The notes: generated by a model from the sequence alone, not told the origin. A stretch of 63,464 nucleotides of DNA, filler included, from Reticulomyxa filosa (GCA_000512085.1; 19 parts of 19 records of this genome joined end to end with filler, not necessarily neighbours in it); one strand, 5' to 3'. Shown: positions 39,270 through 51,918, counted from the whole stretch's first letter. Made by a program: numbers and translations.

Positions 39270-41040
39270 TTTGGCACCCACTTTGTTAGCGAACGAAAAA
39301 AAAACAAAAAATTTCAGCTCAATCTGGAAATACATTGCTGAGTGAAGATGAAATCGCAAAGATGAATAATCAAATGTTAAAACAAAAACTGTTAGAAATA
39401 TGTGAAACGGACAGACCTAACGAATCAGAAGCTGTCTCCAAGTTATAGTTATAAGCACATTGCAAAAGTATTCGTTCAAGAACAAGCAACATGATCAATA
39501 AGCAATCATGTTTACCAACAAAGCTAAACTTGGACGTATCACCTATTGAAAAACTAGTTGAAGTGCAAGATAAGAACAGACATATTAACATTGAAATTGC
39601 TTCACTAATTTGTAATGACGTCAATGATCAGCTAGAGTTGAAAAAACAGTTGTCGATATTTGATGAACATATCAAGAAATTAACAAAACTGTTGGAGCAC
39701 AAAGGACCACAAGTTATGACAGATCAAAAACATCAAGACAAAGGTGATGTTAAATTGGGCTACAAGTCAGATTTTGGTGTTCATGCGACCAAACAGATAT
39801 TGATTGAGCAGCCTTTTGTGGTACAATTACGAAATGATGTTAGAACAGACAATGATATTCGCCATCTGGACCACGATGTAATGAAGTTGGCAATGAACAA
39901 TCCAATCACTTTCGTTATATCTTCAACGAATGCATATATAATTTACCAAGTTGGAGAATACAACTGTTTGCATAGAAGGCTAAATATCAAATTCACGATA
40001 AGTTTTGCAAGAAATATGTAGTATCACAATGTTTGTCTAGAGATGTTCAAGAAATAGCACTAGCAGATAACAACAATACATTTAATTTATTAATGTCGTT
40101 GATGTATAAAATATTTGGATGCAAGCATTACATACAAGAAAGGACTTCTGAACTGCTTCAATTTAGCACAAGTCATAACGAGTGACCCGATGATATTTTA
40201 CTAAGATGGAGACAATCGAAGTTTGCGTTAAAGTTGGAATTATAATACGCAGCAGAATGTAATGTTCAAGCAATAGGTTAAAGCTATATGATGAAAGATT
40301 AACTGAATCGTTGCTTGTAGCTATGGTTGGAATCTTGAGATGACTGTTATATGAACAAAATCAGGCGACACTAAGCGAAATAAAAATAGCTCTGGAAAAT
40401 ATGCATATCATGTTCGATGAGTAAAGACAAGAAAATAACTTACCTATCGAAAACAAAAATTTGAACAAATAATATTAACGAAACGATATTCAAGATGTAA
40501 CAAAATGTTTTATAGTAATGAAAACACATCATATTGGAACAATCGTTTATAGTTAGAGAAAAATGGGGTTATAAGAACAGAAATGATATTGATAAAGAAC
40601 CTTATGACGGTATTAACTCACCGAGCCAAAGTAATGTAGCTAAAGCTAAAACATAAAGATAGTTTTGAAATAGGCGATTATGTTCTATTATTTATAGGGG
40701 ACCAGAGAGTATGTAACAAATCAAAATTGTTGCGAAAATTTGTTGGTAAGTATACAATTATTCAACATATGGGCCAGTAACTCTTAAGATCAAGAGCGAA
40801 CATTGCTTTAAAAAGGTTTTGTATGTAATCAAAGTTGCAGAAGTTGTATATGGAAAATGAAAAAAAAGATTCTGAAGCATTGTCCGAACAATAGCTTCCT
40901 GCATTAGAACCATTAGACAAGTCAAATCTGACATTAGAACAATCTGACCTGTTACCACCATCAGAGACAATTGACAATATACATTCATCATCGGAAACAA
41001 TTGACAGATTTGAAAAAAAGTATGAACCATTAAAATAATA
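39270..41040 (+). mobile_element. Degenerate Ty3/gypsy-like LTR retrotransposon remnant
   Basis: 40650-40850 encodes DSFEIGDYVLLF...KSKLLRKFVGKYTIIQ / GPVTLKIK, the integrase C-terminal GPY/F module. Upstream reading frames are stop-riddled. A possible PBS (CA-tt-TGGCACCCA) lies at 39268-39280. Confidence 0.6.
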
Positions 41041-41808
41041 TCTTGAATATATTACTAATATTCCCACAATACATGAATAATTATTATTTGTAAATGTTTA
41101 TTTTGAAATGTCAATGGGCTAATATTGAATCTATAAATATCATTGTATAAATAAAACATATATGTTGCATAACATGCCGTCATTTGAGAATGATCACTTG
41201 GCATTCCATAACCTGGTAAAATACCAGTTGGCCTTGGATGTTGAATTATGTGTTTTAAGGTAAAATTACATATGAAATTTACAATAAATAATAGCTAAAT
41301 TATACAAATACAAAGATTGCGTGTAATCACAGAAAGTATCCATCCAACTAATATCATAAAAAGTGATGATAATGTTAATAGAGCCATAATCGACCTTGTA
41401 GAGTTCCATTATATAGTACTAAACTTAAATGTAAAGGACTTAACAAACTTAAAGTAGCGTACATGGCCGTGTCTGTTTCTGTGTCTGTACCCAGTGGTGT
41501 CAGTAAATCTAAGGACCACACTTTCATTATTGTATCTAATATTGTAATTTTTAATTTGCACTTCGATTAAACACAAGCGAAATTAGCCAAGAAGGGAAGC
41601 CAAAAACGCTTTGTTTTGACCATTCAGTTGATTCATTTGTTTTGGCTTTTTTTCTTTTGAACGTGGGGACACATGTGAATTGGATTCGGATGCGGTCAAA
41701 TAATTAATNNNNNNNNNNNNNNNNNNNNNNNNNNNNNNNNNNNNNNNNNNNNTTAATTAATTAANNNNNNNNNNNNNNNNNNNNNNNNNNNNNNNNNNNN
41801 NNNNNNNN

Positions 41809-44079
41809 CTAAACATTTACTATTTTGTAATGATCGAATGTATGATGCAATTGGTGTCCATATCTTCCATGTGCTTGCAAATATTTGTAGTGCATTGTTA
41901 AATTGTTCATTTTGTACTATTTCTTGAAAATCTTGTACTTTTAACATATCTATTAACTTAAAATATGATCGTGTATGTTGTCCACATAATGTTAAAAGTT
42001 TGTATAATGTAATTGATCTTTTGTCTTTGTCAATTTTATTCCATAAATTCTTTCCTAAGTTTATTCCAGATAAATATAAGCAATTCAATGATGTTCCTAA
42101 TTTTGTTTTAATATCACCTTCAGAATATCTAGTTGTAGTCAATATTGATATAAAATTTATATTACGTTTAATGAACGAAAAATACTTTTCCTATTTATAT
42201 GTTTAATTTATGTATTAAATATATAAATTATATTTTAAAAAAAACAAGTAACTTCACGTATTTCCCATCTAGTTGTATCATCAATTGCTATAATTAAATG
42301 ATCATATTTGTCTTTTACTTCATCCCAAATATGTGTTAATACATCTTTCGTAGTAATATGAACATACTGCTTTAAGATATTGTGAATTTCAACAAAATTA
42401 TATTTTAATTCACGTGAAGTTTTTTCATTACCTCTATTAATCATTTGTGGTGATTTATTATCTTGTTTTTCTTTTTCTTTTTCTTCTTCATTAGATATTT
42501 TCAAATAATATTTATATAATAATCTTATAGCTGTTTCAATGTCGAATTCAGCATATTGCGCTTGATCTAAAAACATTTCATCATTAAATGTGATTCCAAT
42601 GAAATAATACTTTTTGAACATATTTCTAACAATAACGTTTAAAAAATAATCGATAAAATGTGATTTTCCAACGCCACTACTCCCGAACACAACCAATCTC
42701 ATATCAATATCTGAACGTGGTATTTCAAAATTTTTCAACCATTGAATAATTTTTTTCAGCTCTTCTTCTCTTTGGCAAGCAAAGAATTCATCTATTTTGA
42801 ATACATGTGCACACATTCTTGTTTCAGGAATGTCATTAATTCTTTCTTCTTTTTCTCTGAATTCTATGTTGATATCTAAATATTTTTTTAAATTAATTTG
42901 TTATATTGTATACCAATCGTTTTTCTAAAATAGCAATAAATTACATAAAATTAACTTGTGAAATAATTTTTCAATTGTACAAATATATCTTTTATTTTTG
43001 ATTTTTGTTCTAATACGTTAATGCTTTCTTTTTTCTGTTCAAAATCTTTAAAATTTATTTTAATTTTATTTTTTAATTTTTTTATTCTTTTACTTTTTAT
43101 TTGAATTTGCCTTCTAGATATTTTCTTTTTTTTAGATGGAGGTTCGAATGTACTTGAATCTTTTGTTTTGAATAGTTTTCTTTTCATTAGTAGCTTTTTT
43201 GTACATGTAGCATTCGGTACTTTTTTCAACTCTGACACCAGTTCATGTATACTATTGTTAATGTTGCTAGCTTCTTCTGCAATTTGTTTATTATAGTCGC
43301 TTTGTTGCAAAAAATCGCCCAAAATACATATAGTATTTTGAATTAGTTTGATATTTTCTTCTGCTTGCCAAAAATTATAAGAATTATTTACTTGACTTGG
43401 CTCCTCTTTATCTTCGTATTGCTTTGCCCAAATCATCTTCAACTCTTCGCCACTTTGTATTTTTTTGTCTTCACCTATATTGACTGTTTCCACCAATTGT
43501 TTCAAATCCTCAAAGTGCTTGCCCCAATCTTCTTTTTCCATTTCATGATGAAAGTTCAGATTGTTGGAATTTCTTGGACACCATGTTATCCTCTCTCTTT
43601 CTTTCGTTATTACCAAACATCGCTTTTATATTAATATATTTATAAATTTTTTTTTATTAATCAACAGTCAATATAATCAAACAACAAAAAAAACATTCGA
43701 ACCATTTTTAACGTGCAACAATACAATTTATTGTTCTTGTTAAGTTCATTCCAGACATCCATTAAGTCATAGTCGTTATTAATTTGATCTGTTGGATTAT
43801 CTTTCTTTACTAAAAGAAATGTCGATGTATTTGCCAAATTTAGCTTCATTTTTATCTCCACTAGCAATTGTTTCCAATTTTCCTCTTTTGCGCTTTCTAG
43901 CATTCGACCATCTTTCCTTAGGCCAGTTGCTTTAAAAATTAATTTTTCATTGACGCAATGTTCGATCACAAGATATTTTTCCTTTCATTTTTGTTTTTTT
44001 TATCAAATACTTTTGTTACAGTTTTTCATCAACTTTTTTTCGACATTAACAAAGCTAAAAACTTAACTTGTTTTGACAT
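41809..44079 (-). CDS. Crinkler/RHS-like P-loop NTPase protein with N-terminal header domains (copy A, 3' truncated)
   Basis: Exons MSKQ / EKYLVIEHCVNEK...TLKM / VITKERERITW...YFT / NTPase with Walker A GSSGVGKS (42661-42684), ITFN, ETAIRLLYKYY and Walker B LIIAIDD / ...LLTLCGQHTRS (GGHPR-like). Confidence 0.7.
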
Positions 44080-46683
44080 GTGTACTTGTTAGAACAACTA
44101 AGAAAATTAGAACCCTTTTTGCAGAGTTGGAACAATTTTTTGGTCCAATGAGTTTGTAATGTGAATTTTGAATTTAATTCAAAAATAGTTGTTTATTCAA
44201 TTATAAAAATAAAAAGTATAGTAATATCACTAATCATACGAAAATCCAAGTGAAAATTTCACAAAAATGTTTGTAAATCAAGTGCAAAAAATCTATACTA
44301 TTTGAAAAGAGTAATAAGTCAACACAGATATTTTGTATCGATGTGCTTGATAATTTTTTTTGTTTTTATTATAGCTTGCTAGGACTTCACGTCTGGATGC
44401 TGATTTGGCATGCCTTTTTGGGGTATAACCATTTGCTCCAGGACCAACGTGTTGATTGTGTGATAGTGCTTTGTGCTCAAAGTGCTTGATAAGCCCACCC
44501 TAGCAATGACAAGCGCTTAGACTTGTCACCAAAATCTTTCTCATATACAAAATTTATTCAAGTAAAAAATTGTTATTTTTTTGACATGTTCCAATTTGAA
44601 ATAGTAGCAACGATACTAAGTTCTGCTGAAAGAGACTACGTCAAACGTAATACAAAAACTCTTTTACTCTTCTGAAGTAATTCGCAATAAAAAACAAATT
44701 GATTAAATAAAGAAAAAGCAAATGGAAAGTCGATTTAAGTGGAAAACAAAACAAAGACTTGAAAGTGAAGTGAAGTTTGATCAGAATAAAGGGAATTCCA
44801 AGTTCATTTGGATTTTCGTATGATTAGTGATATTACTATACTTTTTATTTTTATAATTGAATAAACAACTATTTTTGAATTAAATTCAAAATTCACATTA
44901 CAAACTCATTGGACCAAAAAATTGTTCCAACTCTGAAAAAAGGGTTCTAATTTTCTTAGTTGATTCTAACAAGCACACATGTCAAAACAAGTTAAGTTTT
45001 TAGCCTTTATTAATTTCGAAAAAAAGTTGAGGAAAAACTGTAACAAAAGTATTTGACAAAAAAAAACAAAAATGAAAGGAAAAATATCTTGTGATCGAAC
45101 ATTGCGTCAATGAAAAATTAATTTTTAAAGCAACTGGCCTAAGGAAAGATGGTCGAATGCTAGAAAGCGCAAAAGAGGAAAATTGGAAACAATTGCTAGT
45201 GGAGATAAAAATGAAGCTAAATTTGGCAAATACATCGACATTTCTTTTAGTAAAGAAAGATAATCCAACAGATCAAATTAACAATGACGATGACTTAATG
45301 GATGTCTGGAATGCACTTAACAAGGACAATAAATTGTATTGTTATACGTTAAAAATGGTTCGAATGTTTTTTTGTTGTTTGATTATATTGACTGTTGATT
45401 AATACAAAAAAATTTATAAATATATTCATATAAAAGCGCAGAGCAATACGAAGATAAAGAGGATAATACTAAGATTTGCTTTCTCGGAAACAGAGAGTTG
45501 AAAAAAGTACCAAATGCTACATGTACAAAAAAGCTACTAATGAAAAGAAAACTATTCAAAACAAAAGATTCAAGTACATTCGAACCTCCATCTAAAAAAA
45601 AGAAAATATCTAGAAGGCAAATTCAAATAAAAAGTAAAAGAATAAAAAAATTAAAAAATAAAATTAAAATAAATTTTAAAGATTTTGAACAGAAAAAAGA
45701 AAGCATTAACGTATTAGAACAAAAATCAAAAATAAAAGATATATTTGTACAATTGAAAAATTATTTCACAAGTTAATTTTATGTAATTTATTGCTATTTT
45801 AGAAAAACGATTGGTATACAATATAACAAATTAATTTAAAAAAATATTTAGATATCAACATAGAATTCAGAGAAAAAGAAGAAAGAATTAATAGCATTCC
45901 TGAAACAAGAATGTGTGCACATGTATTCAAAATGGATGAATTCTTTGCTTGCCAAAGAGAAGAAGAATTGAAAAAAATTATTCAATGGTTGAAAGATTTT
46001 GAAATACAACGTTCAGATATTGATAATAGATTGATTGTGTTCGGAAGTAGTGGCGTTGGAAAATCACATTTTATCGATTATTTTTTAAACGTTATTGTTA
46101 GAAATATGTTCAAAAAGTGTTATTTCATTGGAATATCATTTAATGATGAAATGTTGTTAGGTCAAGAGCAATATGACTTTGACACTGAAACAGCTATAAG
46201 ATTATTCTATAAATATTTTTTAAAAATATCTAATGAAGAAGAAAAAGAAAAAGAAAAACAAGATAATAAATCTTCACAAATGATTAGTAGATGTAATGAA
46301 AAAACTTCACGTGAACTAAAAAATAATTTTGATGAAGTTCACAATATCTTAAAGAAGTATGCTCATATTACTACGAAAGATGTATTAACACAGATTTGGG
46401 ATGAATTAAAAGACAAATATGATCATTTAATTATAGCAATTGATGATACAACTAGATGGGAAAATCTTGAAGTTACTTGTTTTTTTTAAAATATAATTTA
46501 TATATTTAATACATAAATTAAACATATAAAATAGGAAAATTATTTTTCGTTCATTAAACGTAATATAAATTTTGCTTCAATATTGACTACAACTAGATAT
46601 ACTAAAGATAATATTAAAAATAAGTCAGTAACATCATTTAATTGCTTATATTTATCTGGAATAAACTTAGTAAAGAATTTATG
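42042..46683. repeat. Large inverted duplication: arms ~42042-44254 and ~44803-46683, unique spacer ~550 bp
   Basis: Near-identical reverse-complement sequence including promoter, introns and exons (e.g. gtaatatcactaatcatacgaaaatccaa at 44221 vs its reverse complement at 44808-44836). Confidence 0.95.
44979..46683 (+). pseudogene. Copy B of the Crinkler-like NTPase gene, internally deleted, 3' truncated
   Basis: Same exon structure as copy A (ATG 44979, Walker A 46043-46066). Most of exon 3's 5' half and its acceptor are missing around 45440-45495. Confidence 0.65.
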
Positions 46684-46795
46684 NNNNNNNNNNNNNNNNN
46701 NNNNNNNNNNNNNNNNNNNNNNNNNNNTTAATTAATTAANNNNNNNNNNNNNNNNNNNNNNNNNNNNNNNNNNNNNNNNNNNNCTCTTCTCTTCG

Positions 46796-47210
46796 TCATT
46801 TGCTTTGCCTCGAGCAAAAATTGTTAATGTCCTCATTTACGTTTTTGATACCATATTCATGGTTTGTTGGCCAAAAATACTCTTTTGCTGTCTGCGCTGC
46901 CGCTTGCACGGGCGCGTTGACCACATTTAATTGTGTTCCAACGAACCCTTTCACTGTGGACAACCCAGAACCGACTGCTGCAAGCATCTCTTCTTTTCGG
47001 AATGATTTCTCTTGATCGATTCGGCAATAAAGGGGAAAAAAATTTCAAAAAAAATTCAACGCCTGTTGCCAAGAGAAAAGAGAATGGAGATCCACTCCTC
47101 TGTCCTTGAGGTAATATTTTAAAAAAAAATAATCTTTTTTGATAGTATGTTTCATCACCTACAACTTTTGAAAAATCTTATCAATAAACCTGGACACATT
47201 TCTTCTCATA
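46796..47210 (-). CDS. Hypothetical protein, 5' part
   Basis: ORF MLAAVGSGLSTVKGFVGTQLNVVNAPVQAAAQTAKEYFWP, divergent from VAMP7. Confidence 0.3.
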
Positions 47211-47392
47211 TCACTTTAGTACAACAACTTTGCAACAAGTTAATTTGTTCGACTTTTATTTAAAGCCCCGAAAAGTTACGTAACTGACTTTGGGCTAAGT
47301 AAACCAGAGTCAACGCTCGTGTTCACTCTAAAATTTAAATATTCAATCGTTCGGTGTTGCATTCCACAAGTTTATAACTCCGAGATTAAAAA

Positions 47393-47820
47393 ATGACCAC
47401 TTCGAATACTGGAGAAATAATTTATGCTTTGGTCGCTCGAGGACAAAATGTCTTGGCAGAATATACAGATAAACAAGGAAATTTTAGCCAAGTAACCCGT
47501 CGACTTTTGAACAAGATCAAAACCTCGCAAAATGATACGATGTCATATGTTTATCCAAAAGAGAAGTGAGTTTTATGTTGTATTTCCGACAAGAGCATAA
47601 ACGGCAGTAACAAAAAAAAGGAAGAGAGGATAGACAGCAGAGAAAAAAAAGGGTTAAAAAAAAAACAACGAAAATGCGCCAAAAAAAAAAAATGTAACTA
47701 TAGCTATGCGTTTCATTACATAGTAGATGACGGGATTACCTATCTATGTATGGCCGATGAGTCTTTTGGTCGACTCGTACCTTTTCGATTTTTGCATGAT
47801 GTGAAGAAGAGCTTCAAATG
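47393..47820 (+). CDS. VAMP7: Longin-domain R-SNARE (VAMP7-like), 5' exons
   Basis: IIYALVARGQNVLAEYTDKQGNFSQVTRRLLNKI...MSYVY / YAFHYIVDDGITYLCMADESFGRLVPFRFLHDVKKSF. Confidence 0.88.
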
Positions 47821-47942
47821 TTTGTTTTTTTTTTTTTTTTTTNNNNNNNNNNNNNNNNNNNNNNNNNNNNNNNNNNNNNNNNNNNNTTAATTAATTAANN
47901 NNNNNNNNNNNNNNNNNNNNNNNNNNNNNNNNNNNNNNNNNN

Positions 47943-48423
47943 CAATGGCAATGGCAATGGCAATGGCAATGGCAATGGTAATGGTAATGATGCTATGCCT
48001 ACTTCGCTCTTACAAACTGTTGCTGTAACCATTTCCACAAATATTGGCGAAGTAACCATTCACGAAAAACACTTTCCTATTCCAATCTTGTTCACTGAAA
48101 AACCCAAAATTAGTCCCTCCGAATTTATGGAGAAATGGACTGGCTCTTCCGAAAAAGAGGTCGTGCAACACTCGTGGCCTCAAATCTTGCGCGAGTGGAG
48201 CGACATTCGAGACCAATTGAATGCCAATAATATTATGTGCATCTACGAACGCAATGTCGAACACAAAGGCATCATCTCCTACTGTCTCTGTGTCTTCTTG
48301 GACACATCCGTCTTCATTGAAGTCTCACTTGCTCTCACTGGAAAAATTATCGTTCTTGTCAAGTCCAATGACTCTGCTGTCTCCAAACTTGTCTTACTTG
48401 CTATTCAACATTTACTTGAATGA
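47943..48423 (+). CDS. Beta-adaptin appendage (platform subdomain), 3' end
   Basis: PIPILFTEKPKISPSEFMEKW...IRDQLNANNIMCIYERNVE...SKLVLLAIQHLLE* matches the AP-1/2 beta C-terminal appendage pattern. Confidence 0.65.
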
Positions 48424-48914
48424 ACAGATCGACTTTTCTCCCTTTCTCGTTTTTTCTTTGTACTCTTCTTCTTTTATTTCATTTCAAGCAAGCTTTTTCT
48501 TGTATGTTTGTTTCTTTCTTCTTTTGTAAATGTCGGAGGTTTGGAGTTTTTTTGATCGTTTGATTTTTCCATTGTTTGTATTGTTTTACTTACCCTCCTT
48601 CTCCTTTTTTCGGTTGAAGCAATGTGTAGATCTTTTTAAAAAATATTCAAAGTAAAAAAAGCTCCCAACGTCTTTGATTTTTCTTCACAAATGAACTAGC
48701 ACATCAGCACTTCTAAGCCAAAATTGTATTTTTTTTTAGCTCAACATAAAAAATGCCATTCTTTGTGTCTTGTCTTACTTTTAGAATTTGTTTATTTATT
48801 TTTATCATTGCCCAATAAATAAATAAAAAAGGCAAATGCCTTGTCGCAAAAGAGTGTAAAACGTCTGTTCCTTTTAAACCCCTTTTTTATTAAAAAAAAA
48901 TAAAATCGGCAAAC

Positions 48915-49420
48915 ATGCCAAAGAAAGCAAAAAAAAAAGCAGTGAAAAAGAAATCAAAATCATCAACGAAGACAGTGGATACAGTGGAAGAAACCCAAGT
49001 GAGTAACTTGACAATGTTGAAAGAAAACTGTCTGATAACAGTGGACGAGAACGTGGATTGTAAAGCGACATATTGTGGTGGGATTCACTTGAAAGAATAC
49101 AAATACTCTCTCGCAAATGAGCAGTCCTCTTCCTATCATCGTTTGGTATTTCATGGCCAGCAATGTGGAATCGACAATGCAATACTGTCGACGATTGTGA
49201 TACCGTCCTTGCAAATGGAGTTGTTGAAAATACTGTTCCTTCGAGAGCAGCAAACGATGGAGCTGTGCGTCGTGGCCGAGTTATACTTATCTGGCAACGG
49301 TCTTTCCAAACCTGGTTTGGAAGACTTGGTTCGACATTTCCTTATACCTTTTGCACCTGTTTGTTTCATTGAGTATCTATCTCTAATGGCGACCAAGATA
49401 ACAGACGAAGGTTTGTTTTT
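48915..49420 (+). CDS. Leucine-rich repeat (RI-like) protein, 5' part
   Basis: ELYLSGNGLSKPGLEDL and IEYLSLMATKITDEGL repeats after a basic N-terminus. Confidence 0.65.
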
Positions 49421-49983
49421 NNNNNNNNNNNNNNNNNNNNNNNNNNNNNNNNNNNNNNNNNNNNTTAATTAATTAANNNNNNNNNNNNNNNNNNNNNNNN
49501 NNNNNNNNNNNNNNNNNNNNGAACACACCCATAATGGTCTCTTCTCATGATCAGGCTTCAATATTAACTTGTTAAAGTTTCGAAATGCCTCCACCGTCAT
49601 TTTTATTCAGATATTTATGATAATTAAGTTTGTCCTGATTCACAATCCTCAGTCTCTCTCCCGAGTTTCCAGTTTTTAACCAAATACAACTATTTCATAT
49701 CTCTCTTCCTTTGCTAATGTTCTAGCAAGAAGATTTTTCTTTTATTGTATGCAAAGAGCGTGTTTACTAACTATTCAAAAAAATTATATTTTTTTTTACA
49801 TGTGATACTTTTATTATACCACAAACAATCAAATCAACACATTTTTTATTGGACCAAGTGACCGATTTCCTTTTTTTAAAAAAATTGGAAAAAAAAGCAA
49901 AAGTTTCACTAGTTTCACACAAAAACTGAAAACGTTAAGCTTTGAAGAACTTTTAATTGTTCCTCTTTTCTTGTATTGAAGAA

Positions 49984-50520
49984 ATGTTAGAGGCAACCTC
50001 CCTAAATCCTTGGCAAATCTTTGCTATTTGCTGGACGATTGTGACATATCTTTTTGTCATCCCTTTCTTTTTGTTTGAGTTTTATCGATATTGGAAACAA
50101 AAAGAAAATTTTTTTTTTGTTGGGAGGCACGCTCCACTTGCAATGGCATTATTTTTGATTATCTTGTCACAAAACGGAGGTATAAAAAAGAAGCTTAGAC
50201 ACAAGAGAGAAAACTACTTTTTTTTTTTCCTTTGAAACAGGGGATATGTCCTACATACATTAAAAAGTAAGTAGAGGAGAGAAGGATACAAATAAGCCAA
50301 ATTCAACCACTTTAAAAAAAAAAAAAAAAAATTGATAATAACAAACGGATTGCACAGTAACGTTTTGTGGAATATTGTTGTGTAAGGTATTTGTGGGAAC
50401 TTTTGATTTTTGGAAGATGACAGAGGCATTTACCACAGCGGTATTACTGTCTATTGCGTTCTTGCGATGTTGGCACGTATACTCAAAATACAGCTACATG
50501 AAGTATCGCGCAGAGCAATT
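49984..50520 (+). CDS. Multi-TM receptor-like protein (7TM-RGS-type N-terminus), 5' exons
   Basis: TM1 followed by YRYWKQKENFFFVGRHAPL, TM2, and later LLSIAFLRCWHVYSKY. Truncated before any RGS box. Confidence 0.5.
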
Positions 50521-50701
50521 NNNNNNNNNNNNNNNNNNNNNNNNNNNNNNNNNNNNNNNNNNNNTTAATTAATTAANNNNNNNNNNNNNNNNNNNNNNNN
50601 NNNNNNNNNNNNNNNNNNNNACTATGTTTCGGTAATATCATGTTTTTATATACATATACACTTTTTTTTTTTTGGATATAAAATATACAACAAACAAACA
50701 G

Positions 50702-51222
50702 CATCAGATGCACCGCTTGCACTGGAGGCGATTTTTGTTTCATGTGCTGCAAACCCTGGCTTAAAAATGGATTCCAAATTTGTGGCAATCCTGATTGTAG
50801 TGGAGAGCATATTAATAATTCTTTACAAAAATGTGGCACCAAAAAGCCAATGGGCTGGTCTGAGGATAGAAAAGACGCTGTTATCCCAATTTTACGAGCT
50901 TGTCCTAAATGCTTGACAGTTACTTGTTTCCTGTTATATGCTTGTACTCGTAACTCAAAATTTTTATTGTTTTTTTATATTCCTATGCTTTTTTTTTAGC
51001 TCATCGAACACGAAGAGAGATGCAAGCACATGAAATGTCCAAATTGCAGTAATGAATTTTGTTTTGCTTGTTTGGGTATCAAAACTCCTTCAGGTTTGTG
51101 CTAATCTTTTTTTTTTTCCCTCCTCTTTTTAACTTTTTTTTATTTTTTTTTATTTTACAGGATGGCCCTGCAACAGCTACACAACAGTGTGTCCAATTGC
51201 CCCCAGGCAAACATTGACATAA
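50702..51222 (+). CDS. RBR-type E3 ligase, IBR/RING2 3' exons
   Basis: CTACTGGDFCFMCCKPW...RACPKCLT / LIEHEERCKHMKCPNCSNEFCFACLG / WPCNSYTTVCPIAPRQTLT*. Catalytic CxH of RING2 present. Confidence 0.8.
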
Positions 51223-51918
51223 AAAATTTCAATAGTACTTTTTCTTGCACAACTGTTTGGCTGTTTACAAACTCACTAAAAAAAAGTGTCTGCAAAGTTT
51301 TTAGTAATCTATATTTTATGCCAAAAATAAGATACGCTTGAATATCAGAATAAGCTACCTAAAAAAAAAAAAAAAATCAATGAAAAATAGAAGTTGCAAT
51401 AAATGCTAAGTTTAACAACAAAATCAGATTATTGTTTTCTTATCACTGATATTTCATAGCTATCTCCCAAAGTATTCATTATTGCACATATTTCGTTACT
51501 AATGTGCTTTTTTGTGGACGCGCTCTCTCTATCAAAACACAATATTTATAGAGTATTTATTTTTATAATAAATGTTATCAAAACTAAGATCCTCGGAATA
51601 TGGAGGGGAGCCAATGTGTTCAATTGCCCAGATTTGTGACTTGTGTTTTCCAATCTTGCACTACTACACCTCAATCTAATGTGGGACGTTTGCGGCTGAT
51701 AAGAAACTGCACTAAATGTAATACAAAAAGGTTTACTCAAAAAGAGACCAGTTTTCGGCAAAACAAAACAAAAGTAAATTAAATAAATAAAAGATGAATG
51801 ACACAATAAAAGAAAGAAAACAAACAAAGAGTGAAGAAAGTTGGTGGAGAAGTTTAACCCACTGGGGCTCCTCAAATCCTCCAGAGTTCAGTCGTCTATA
51901 GTAGTGACTTGCCCTACA

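Noticed and set aside
1011-51222. Apparent cluster of ubiquitin-system genes (DDB1, UBC13, USP, WD40, RBR), or a plasmepsin V-Crinkler export locus
   Set aside because: They lie on different contigs joined artificially. Only UBC13 and the RING gene are physically linked.
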